Origin: Balanoglossus misakiensis
Taxonomy: Eukaryota; Animalia; Hemichordata
Direction: 5' to 3'
Assembly (NCBI GenBank): GCA_040954595.2
Contig: CM082596.2
Span: 9,196,461 to 9,260,460, forward strand
Length of the DNA: 64,000 bases
Shown: positions 38,378 to 49,200 of the stretch, in pieces
How the letters are laid out: each line of letters opens with the position of its first letter
Numbering within the stretch: position 1 is the stretch's first letter
The notes under the pieces: model-generated
Database searches by the model: none
What the model was told of the DNA's origin: nothing
Seen by the model: only the letters and a program-made list of their open reading frames with translations
Position numbers and translations under genes: made by a program

Positions 38378-38675
38378 AATTTGAATCTGTTTTCAAACAG
38401 CTCCGTGCAGTGCCTTTGCCAATGATTATGCTGTACATTATTCAATGTTCAAGTTTGACCACAGTTGTCTGTTTTATAATCTTGTGAATTGCTATACGTT
38501 TATTTGTTTGTTTGTTTGTTTGTTTGTTTGTTTTTAGAAAATAAAAACAACTGTTCATGGGGTTGTTGTTGCTGATCTGGCGTTTTGCTTGTATGTGTGT
38601 GAGTGAATGCATAAGAGTCATGTCATTTAGCGACGAATCAAGTTAAATTTATAGATTTATTGGTTTAAACACTAG
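38378..38675 (+). terminator. 3'UTR / polyadenylation cassette, copy after the zinc-finger gene
   Basis: Begins 5 bp after the TGA; AATAAA at 38540-38545; similar to 34661-34959, with the last ~100 bp apparently identical. Confidence 0.7.
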
Positions 38676-38928
38676 TATTAGGTGTACCAATAACAAGACG
38701 AGAACAATATTGAAAATCATTTGCCGAACTATTGAAACTGGGCACACACACAGACACACACGCACACACACACACAGACACATACACACACAGGTGTCCT
38801 TAATCGTGATTTGAAGACTTCAATTTGATTGGCTGAAGGTTGTGAACAAGGTATGAATATATAATGACGAACTACTTTATTCTGCGTAAAGTAAGACGTG
38901 CATGTTATTACCTGTTTGTGCGTCCTTA

Positions 38929-39701
38929 GGCTGCATTCACAAACACCTCTGGATGGGGAGGGGAGAATTGATGGGGGGGGGGGGGGTTGAAAAAATTGAG
39001 GGTATGTAAGGGAGGATTTGAAATAATTCAGGGACTGAAATAGGGGGGAACTTGATAACATTGAGGACTAAATATTTATTTTGAGTCAACAAAATGCAGT
39101 TTTGAACCCTTCATAATACAAATTTTCCTAATGTGGGAAGGGGACACCCCCTCCAACACCAGCCCCTGTCATTCATCAACACCTTTCAATCATTGTCTGG
39201 TTTATAGTGTCCCAGGTCAGGAGACTTCCCCACATGCTAACTTTGAGCAGCGAAGGTTAAATTTGTCCTCCCCTACATACTGTTAGTTGAGTTAATTTGC
39301 TTTTGGGTTCACTAAAATGCAGCTTTGAGCTCTGTATTTTATACAATTTTCTTACGTGGGAGGGGGACACCCCCTCACAAACCCACCCATTCACTTCTCG
39401 GTTTAAAATGTCTGCCAACACAGAATACACATACTTAAAAATATAAACAATTTTTAGTTTTAATACCCATTGATGAGGGAAAACAACAGTTTCAAATCGT
39501 TTTCATGTGAGCGCTTTTTTACAAGATAGATTGGTGATGTGTTTTGCTGTGTGAAAGAAAATGGGGGAGGTATTTCAAAATTTTAGCAGTTCGGAAGTGG
39601 CGATTTGAAAATATTTCGGGTTGTGTACGGGGGGGGGGGCATGTGAAATCGGTAAACAAAATTGAATTCCCCCCCCTCCAGGGATGTTTGTGAATGCAGC
39701 C
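38929..39701. mobile_element. PIF/Harbinger-like MITE (duplicate of 11320-12095)
   Basis: Same 17-bp TIRs and TTA flanks. Confidence 0.9.
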
Positions 39702-42514
39702 TTACATGTAAATCCATGTATGTTGTGTTTGGTTGAACCTGAATCTATAACAAGTTGCTTCCCTCTTTCGTATTTACTCTCTATGTCAAGCGTCGTGTTC
39801 CAGAATAGCCCTTCTATTTAGTATGTAAAAGTCCCTTGACTCGGTAAGCAGCAACTTGTTAGAGTTTTATATAGTTGACGAAGATTTTTGGACCTAGTTT
39901 GTTAACATTGCCAGTTCGCAGTCTGTCAGGGGAGATTCCTCGACAGTCAGTGCCAAGTGATTGCTCAAAAGGGTCAGGATTTCTGTTTATTTTCATTGGC
40001 TGCGAGGTGTTATACCTGCTTATATTCCTTATTTATCACTATAACATTGTAGATAATACACACACAAACTTCATTTTAATGTCGATTGGGTTTATTACGA
40101 CGTTGTCAATTGCTAATGTAATTCTTTGCAATGAAGACATTGGTCAAATGTTACATTTAATGCTGGGGTGTCCTTTTTCGTAGTCGATTGCAACATAAGG
40201 ATGATACCACTATGAATTGCTCATGTTCTAGAATTTTAATTAATTTTATGCCTCCTAAGGTATGCATTAAACATGAGACAATGTGTACAATAGGTTTTTC
40301 TTTGGGTGAAATTTGGGGTTTTAACAATGCTTTCGGCTTTCAGAGTACATTACAATGACGCTGTTGTCACTTTAAGGTAGTAAGCCTGAGCACCTCGGGA
40401 ACAGATTTTCACAAAATTGATAGTCTTCACAACCTTTCAATTCTACGTGATAAAGTATGTGAGGAGTCTTTTTTATAAACATCTGAGAACACTGAGTGTG
40501 CACCTTCTTGTTTTCATAAAAATCACGTCTTTAAATTTAATGTGTCCATAGAGTTAACACAGATTTTGGTGGCCAGTTTTAAAGCTGGTTTTTTTGCCAT
40601 TTTGGGTAAGAACTTCTTCTCTGAAACCGCTTGATCAATTACTTTGAAATTTGCTATTCAGGTACCGAGATCACCTTTTCTCTCTGTAGAAAACCATACT
40701 GACATGTTCAGTAATAACACCGTGTTTTACTAACTTGGATAATTTACAATGTGAATAACATTTTTTCTGAAAATCTGCTCAAAATGACACTGGAGAAATT
40801 ATTAAGTTCAATTGACAACATACGATCTAAAAATGTATCTTAAATTGTTATTTAGTTGCTTTTACAAAGTAATCATTGTGGTAGAAAAGCTCAGGATTAG
40901 CATCTTCCGTATTGATTTTCAATTTCAACAAAAGTTGACAACATTCTTCCAGGAAGTCGTCATGCAAGTCTTGTGGTATCCACCTAAGTTGACTGAGTAA
41001 TGGTTTAAGATAACCTGGTGAAAGAAAATAATTATGAACAAAAATAAATACAATCTTGAATTTTATGCATTTTTTCTCTAATTTGTTGCCTAATTTGTTT
41101 TAATTACGTCTGAACCGCTCGCTTTCTAAAACTTTTATGTTTACCCATGGAGATAAACTCGCTGTGAGCCTTATATTTAATATGGCGATCTCAACATGTA
41201 AACACACAAAAATAAATCAAACGCGAGTGGTTCGGACGTTAGGACAAGTTAAATGCATCATATTTGGAGTCGGTTAGGAGGCAGAAGTAGACAGGGAAAC
41301 GATTTTGCTTCGATAAAATCTAATTTCGACCGAAAAAGCTGCGGTCCGGATCCGGACCGCAGAAGCACCAGTTTTTTCTATGGCGCCTTGCAAGGCTGTG
41401 GTGGAGGCCGTGTAACGCCGGAAACACACAGACCTGTACGCAGGGTTACACGACACCCAACTGGGTACAACCACCGTGAAAAAAGATGCAACTCAGAGCA
41501 AAACTGCCGGTACTTCAGACACTTCAAATTCTACCGAAGTACACGTGTCCTTCGCGACAGACAATACGCGTGAGAAATGCCCTCCCTTGAACGGACCCTT
41601 CTCTTGAAAACCGCCGTCATCCTCATGTCCTCCCGAGGGGATAAACCTATCCGTGCCAACGTACTGTTCGACGAAAGGGCAAACAGAACCTTTGTCACTC
41701 AACGATTCGTGGAGAAACTCAGCTTAAAGCCGGACACCCCAGAAAACGTGAAACCCTCAACCTTTGGGGGAAACACCCAACAAATTCACACATTGAAAAA
41801 CGCTACGATAACTTTACATGAGCTAGACGGGAACACTATTATTATGAACGCCTTGATAATTCCTGCGATTTCATCGAACTTGACTAATCATGTGTCCGCG
41901 GAAATACACAACGCCGCGTATCTGCGGGGACTGCATTTCGCCTTCCCAGTTTCAAACGCGAAGTCAATCGAAATTGACGTTCTCATCAGAGCCGATCAGT
42001 ATTGGAACTTTGTAGGAACCACATCGTTCGCGGGGCAGGTCCCACTGCCGTTTCATCCAATTTCAGCTACTTGCTATCTGGCCCTACCGAAAAGGGCGGG
42101 AAAGCGGACTCTCACGTACTCACGTACTCCATACAAACGCCGAAACGCTAATAGCTGAAGATGCCATCCGAAACTATCGGGACTTAGAGCTCATCGGAGT
42201 GAAACCAGAAACGCGAGAGAATGAAAACACTGACTTTGAAACATATTGCGACACACACCTACGTGTTGAACACGGTAAATATGTCGCCCGTTTACCGTGG
42301 AAGATTGATCACCCACCTTTGCCTAGCAACAACTCTACAACGGAAAGCCGCACGCGTGCCATGGTCCGTCGTTTGTCACCCAAGCTGACAAAAACATACG
42401 ATGACATAATTTCTGATCAAGTTCGCCGCGATTTCGTCCAAAAAGGTCGACATCGACAACAAAACCGAAGGACATTACCTACCCCACCGTGCAGTCAAGA
42501 AATACTCTGTCACC

Positions 42515-44561
42515 GGTAGAGTTGACTTTACAGAGCCCTCTTACTCAGAGCCCTCTGAGTCAGAGCCCCTCCCAGCCCTCTGAAGTTTCAGAACCTCAGA
42601 ACCCGGACCTCAGAATTCTTGTTGACCCCAGATATAACCCCAAAATGTACCTGTATAATTAAATATAACGATTACAAATGGGTATAATGTTGCCAAAATT
42701 ACTCCCGCTGAAAATACGATGTACTACATTGTATGGCAAGTGCGAGATCGTGACTGCCGATTGCCCGCCATATTTGTTTTAGAAGTTTATGTCGATTTCA
42801 GATTCAGATTCAGCCACTGATTCCGATTCACCAGTAACGCGTTTCCTTTTCTTATTTCCTTGCAAATATGAAAGTACTTTGTAGCACACGACAAACTAAA
42901 AAACAATTAATACATAGATAATAAAGTTCCTTCACTTGCGGTGATCTTTCACCGCCAGGCATTTGTATTCAACCTGTCCCCCATTATATATCAGTGGGAA
43001 GGGCAATGTTATGATTTATTTGTGCAGGGGTGAATTATTGTGGTAATATTGATCATGCAGATATGATGTGGCTATTATAACAAGAAAACTTTCTTCAGAA
43101 ACTTGTTTTCATTGCCTAGATTATTTTTTTATCAAAAGTGATTTGATATTATTCATGTTTACATATTATGTATGTATTTATTTATTGTTTTTTCTTGTTT
43201 TGGAATAAACTCTTTGAAATTTAACTGCTTGTTTGTACATTTTTAGCAAGAAATATATACGCATTTGACATACAGCAAACCTATAGTAATAATCCTAATG
43301 GAAGGAGAATAAGCGCAGTGTGTGAGGACACAAAGTTTGTCAAAAAGTCATTAATTTGAATGACTGGCAAATCCAAAATGTTTTCCACGGGCTTTATTCT
43401 GATGGACAAATAAATAAATTCTTATTTAAGGTGGCATTGCATGAAAAGTTGTGATTTTTGCCAAATTTACTTTTTTTACATAAATCGGTAGGTCTAATAC
43501 TGATCCACATTCTGACAAATGCGTCTTAGCGGAAATGGTGCATAATCACCCAAAAATAGCACTTTTCTAAATGAGTTCACAGCTTAACAAATAGGTGTCA
43601 ACAATGCAAATGGCTGTTTTTCTCAGTTTGTATTTTTGCTGCTCTTGACAACTTCAGAAGAATTTAGCTTCGCTCTGCGTTGGCCGAATTTGCTCAAATT
43701 TTAACAGGGGATTGTGTATGACCCATCTAACAAAACAAATTTTTTTAGTCGATAAAGTGTCCTTGGCGGGAATAAAATCTGATTCAATACAACTCATTGT
43801 GAATTTGATCAAATTTTCTAAAAATCTAACTTGCAAACACTGTTACTCCTCAATGGAAGCAGATAACGCTAAACTAAATTTTCGTGTTTTTTTTTTGGCA
43901 TGTGTACTCTAGTTTCAAATGACATACTAAGATGCATGATGCATGGTCAACCCTTTTACCTAATTTCAATTGAATGACATAATATCAATAAAATGTTTTT
44001 TTAACCCCAAAACGCCACCATTTCAAACTCAGCTTCCAGAATATGTATGGTTTATAGGGGTTTTAATATTGTCTTTGAAGAGAAATAGGCCTCTGAAAAA
44101 GTCTTGACGGTTTCGTGCAATACCACATTAAGTATTGAATTGATTTCCAAATTCTCTTCTTTTGGTGTTTCTTCTTGCGATTTATTTTGTCGTGTGCTAC
44201 AAAATACGTTTATATTTGTAATTCAATGCAAGCAAAAAAAGAAAAGTAACGCGTTACTGGTGAATCGGAATCCGTGGCTGAATCTGAATCTGAAATCGAC
44301 ATAAACTTCGAAAACAAATATGGCGGGTAATATGCAGTCACGATCTCGCACTTGCCATACAACGTAGTACGTCGTATTTTCTGTGGGAGCAATTTTGGCA
44401 ACATTACACCTATTTGTAATCGTTATATTTAATTATACCGGTAAATTTTGGGATTATACCTGAGGTCAACAAGAATTCTGAGGTCCGGGTTCTGAGGTTC
44501 TGAAACTTCAGAGGGCTCTGAGGGGCTCTGAGTCAGAGGGCTCTGAAAAGTCAACTCTACC
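42515..44561. mobile_element. Non-autonomous Mutator-like (MULE) DNA transposon inserted in BEL copy 2
   Basis: Long imperfect TIRs (~350-380 bp) starting GGTAGAGTTGACTTT / AAAGTCAACTCTACC. 10-bp TSD CTCTGTCACC at 42505-42514 and 44562-44571, present once in uninterrupted BEL copy 1 (~14572-14581). Confidence 0.88.
43430..44127. mobile_element. TTAA-flanked MITE (Kolobok/piggyBac-type target) nested in the MULE
   Basis: TTAA|GGTGGCATTGCATGAAA ... TTTCGTGCAATACCACA|TTAA (imperfect 17-bp TIR). Confidence 0.6.
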
Positions 44562-46242
44562 CTCTGTCACCACCCCAATTCGCATCGTATACGACTGCAG
44601 CGCACAGCAAAGTCCAGATTCACCGAGTTTGAATGACTGTCTCCGGACCTTCTCGGATAAACGATTTACCCGGTATATTGCTACGATTCCGCGCCAATCG
44701 TGTCGCCTTTACTAGTGATATCGAGAGGGCCTTCTTAAATATCCGCCTCGAAAAAGAAGAACGCCTATACACCAAATTTCTTTGGTTATCGGACATTCGT
44801 GACCCCGGCCGAAAGCAACTATGATGTGTATCAGTTCAAATCTGTCATTTTCGGAGCGGCATGCTCGCCGTTTATTCTTAACGCCGTGATCAAAACTCAC
44901 CTGGAGAGTAACACTCCCACGCCTACAGCAGCTGACTTGAAGCGCAACATTTATGTCGACAACGTGATCGACGGCGCTCACTCTAATGAAAACGCGGTTT
45001 CCTATTTCAATGAAGCTAATCGACTCATGCAGACATGTGGGTTAACAAACTACGCGCTTGGTCGTCCAACAGTTCACAGATACGCGAACTCGCTGAACGG
45101 GACAATATCCCTCAACAGAGGTGTCCCTTTACTCGGATTACGCTGGAAACCCGAAACCGACACGGTAACTTACACAAAGCACGCCGAGACACCGGTTCCC
45201 ACCGCGCTAACTACAAAACGTGATGTTGTTAGTTCCGCGGCTAAATTGTTTGACCCACTTGGTTTTCTCGCCCCAGTTCGTGTTAGAGCGAAACTCTTTG
45301 TTCAGTTGCTATGGAAACGCGGTCTCCCTTGGGACGAGCCACTCGACGCTGATCTGATTTCACAGTGGACTCGAATCGCCAATGATCTGAATACTGTACG
45401 GGACACTACAGTACCACGCCAATATTTCTCGAAAAATCGAAGTGGCGATGACTACGAACTACATATTCCCCTAGCCAAGGGCATTTAAATGTAACTTGCA
45501 AACACTGATTCTTGCAATTTTCAGCGATAGATAACCTTGCTTGTTTATTAAAGGCTGCCAAATTATGGACATTTTTACACTTCTAGGGAACCCCAAAGGC
45601 CAGCGGAAAAGCGTTTGACCCAGATAAATGCGATCCTTCGCCGTGAACTGCCGCTAAACTTTGCGTATTTCGCTACTTTTCTGCCCTTCGCCATAATGTA
45701 ATGGTTTTTATTTGTGATTGAATTGGTATGCCAGACATTTTTTTTATCATGAAACTTTCAGGAAAGGCTCGGGACATCCCAAAGAACAATTTTACGGGAC
45801 AGTTTTTTCATAAGTTTTCCCGTTGTGTTTTGGGAGCACGTTAAAGTTGTTTACAAAATATCAACAAAAACTGTGTTTTCCTGAGTGATAACTTTGAAAA
45901 AAATAAGTTTATGCTGAAAATGTCCCATACATTGCTTGAGGGGTTGCTTAATATTAAAATGAATACAAATTATTCAATCATTTGTGAAAACATGTCAAGA
46001 TTCAATCAATATTTTGTAAAATTATGATTATTTATATTTAGGCATATCAAATTTCATAATTTTAGCAGATATTTTTACAGTCATATTTTTCCCTCACTTT
46101 TTAGTTTGTTAAGAATACATGCTGCAAATTTCAAGTCATTATCTTTATTCTAACTTGTGACAATAAATTCACAAACATTGAGAGAATTTGCTTCAAAAAT
46201 AGCCTTTCCAGCTACCTTAATCAAACTTGTGAAAAATATTAC

Positions 46243-49200
46243 TTGGTATTGAACAGTAGACTCAATCTTCACTTGTCCTTCACGCCATACGTCTCCCTGG
46301 TCGCCGGATACCACCCAAATATCCCTATCGGATCCAATCACTGGTCTCACAATAACTTGCAAAGAGCTAATTGCTGTACCGTACATATGATACCAAAAGT
46401 GAAGACAAATGGCTTTATCATGTGTCGGTTCCAACAATTCGCTGGCCAGTTCTGCCTCATCACCATACCGTCTCGGTGATACTTCAATGTACACGTAATA
46501 CCCTGTGATAAACAAAGTATTATTTTGTCTCGATACAAGCTGACAATTAGATTGCCCTACACATTTGTTTCATACATGTGTTTAAAAGTCAGTTATACTT
46601 AGCGGTATGAAGGGTTTGGAAAAAACATTATCTTGCATAACGGACACAATTTGTAATTTCCATAGGATTTCCAACTCATAATTCCATAGGCTTCTCCTGA
46701 TCCAGAAGTTTGGTAAATTAGATAAAAAGTGATCATGAAACAACAACAATAATAATAACGATTGATAAAGATTATTATAATTAGGCCTATAAAATCTGCA
46801 TAATAATTATATAAATAGGTTGGATTGCAGCGAAAAATTTACTAGAGTAATATTTCGGCTGCGAAGAATGATTTGGGATTTATTTTCCGAAATCGGTATA
46901 CACACATTTATAAGGTAGTTAAAATTGAGTTTGGTCTCAGGCAAAGCAAATTACACACCGGTAGATACTAGACTATCATACCTGATGATGTGCCAGTAGT
47001 GTGATCAACGCTAGGTCCAGTACTTACAGACGGTGTTGCACCAGTTCTTCTGGTCCAATCAAAGTGATCAATACTATGGTGATTCTGCCAGGTGCACATA
47101 TCTGTCTCGAAAGTACAATAATCTAGAAAATAAAACATATTGTCCATGACTTATTGGCTAAATGGTGTTCTTTGGAGTGGAGGTTCGAGGTCAAACGTAA
47201 CAAGTCTATAAGAAAAAGAATTTGAAGACTTGATATGATATATCACATTCACAAGTTTATCCATTAAATAAGGCAGAAAATATTATCAAGGAGATGTTAT
47301 TGTTTGTCCTGGGCATGGCACCGACTCACTTGGTAATGTTGAACATATCCCTTCGTCAAAGCTTATGTCGTCCAAGGCTATATCACCGGTAATTGTGCCT
47401 CCAACTAGCCCATGAAATATCACCTAAGATGAAAAAATCAATACACAAGTTGAATACATGCAATGCGTTGGATGGCAATCAGCTGAGCGTGACCGAGTGG
47501 TGGACAGGTGATGTTCTGGGACCACCATACCTCACACCAGCCATACATATACTCGTATACATGTATATGCGTATACGGTGTATAGAAAAACACATACATA
47601 CGCGGAACACATACTTAAGCAAAATGCAGTTTTATTGTCTTTTGTAATTATAATGGATCGAGTAATGTGTATGCTATGGTATTCACTTTGTCTATATAGT
47701 TTTTTTTCAACAAAGAGTCGGGTGGCTTTGCAGAATTTTATGTGAAAGCGTTCATGTTTTGAAGTTCATTAAGTGGAGTAGTTTTAGGATTAAAATGATC
47801 CAATTTTCTATTTCTTTGTTATCAACAGCAACAATGACTTCTTTATAATAATTTTCGCCATGCATTTCAAATTAAATCACCATCCTAGAAGTTCATAACG
47901 GCAAAAGTTGAGGCGTATTTGTCTAACACGTTGCTTGAAATTTCTACTTAAATACAAATACATGTTGCTTGAAAAAGTTTATAGGAAATCTTAGCAAATG
48001 GAATCCATATACTCGTAAATCAAGCATTTACATTATCAAAACCATAAACGTCACCTTGTATTGAACATTAGAATTAATCTTTACTTGTCCCTTCAGCCAC
48101 TCGTCACCCTGGTTTCCAGAAACCATCCAAATATCAATATCTGAACCATACACTGGTCTGATTTTGACTTTCAATGATCCAATTCTACTGCCATACATAT
48201 GGTACCAGAAACGCAGACAGGTGCCTCTACTCGGGGTTGCATCCATAAGTTCACTAAAAAACTCTGCTTCTTCACCGGCAACTCGGGGCGATGATGTCTC
48301 AATGTAAACATAATAGCCTACGGTACAAATATAAGACATTGTGACACAAGCCTTTCTGATAAATGTAAATAAACTGGTGGCAGTTAGTATGTATAAAGGC
48401 ATCGAGATATTAAACATTACAATTAGGCTAACGCCTTTCTCCAATAACGTCACTTTTGAAGCTTAATGATGGTTCAATTTAAACTTGAAATTTAAAGAAG
48501 TAACAACATTTGATAGAAGCTACAAGGAGTGAGGGCTCACTGTGACAGTGTGTTATAACAATCATAATGACTAAACAAGAGTGAAATGACGACGAAACTA
48601 CCACTCCCTGCATAATGTTAATTATTACATTTGTGCAAAGAACATGTTACATAACATGGCCTAAGAGACTTCCGCGGCAGCTAAGTCAACTGCAGTGACA
48701 CTGTCAACTGGAACGTCTGGGGTAGGACTTCTGAACACGCAGGCTTGATGTCTCGATTTTGCTCTCTACACTTTCTCTGATAGTGGCTCGTGAAACATTT
48801 AGTTGCATAATATATAGTTTCATAATTGTTGTGCTCATTTATTGGAACGAAAGTCACCCATGTCATAAGTATATTCAATTGTTCGCTGAAAAATAAAATA
48901 ATACAGTCACCCTTAATTTACAAATGCACATATGTTTCTGAGTCTCAGAATGACTTTTGGTGGTGCACTTTTTTCCACATGGACCCACTATGAAAAACTG
49001 TACTTGGCTAGATCTCAGTTTTCCATACTAACTATAACATATTGGTACAACGTATTGCGATTTACAAAAAGTGTCCTAAAGTAACTATGCATGCATGACC
49101 CACACAGGCAGCAATCGGTACGATATTATTAGCTCACAAGTGTGTGAACAAATGATAGTGCCGAAGCATTGCATGCAGCTGCTGGGAGTGTAAACTCCTA

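Larger units (their letters stand above)
33258..38789 (+). mobile_element. Putative Polinton/Maverick (adintovirus-like) left-terminal segment carrying two cargo genes; right part lost
   Basis: Absent from the paralogous locus, where 10688-11180 occupies the site. 5' end AGTAGT, G-rich subterminal repeats, compact genes. No right TIR, pPolB, integrase or capsid ORF is present in the window, so the family call is an inference. Confidence 0.55.
41400..45462 (+). mobile_element. BEL/Pao retrotransposon fragment, copy 2 (protease-RT), degenerate, interrupted and 3'-truncated
   Basis: Protease region LLKTAV....RANVLFDERANRTFVT (41577-42158); RT IYVDN in ORF 44799-45488; similarity to copy 1 ends at gactacgaactaca (~45462). 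Confidence 0.9.

Noticed and set aside
38780-38800. CAGG at both ends of the 5.5-kb insert as a target-site duplication
   Set aside because: Only 4 bp, no right TIR, and 493 bp of host DNA is missing relative to the paralogue; better explained as a deletion junction.
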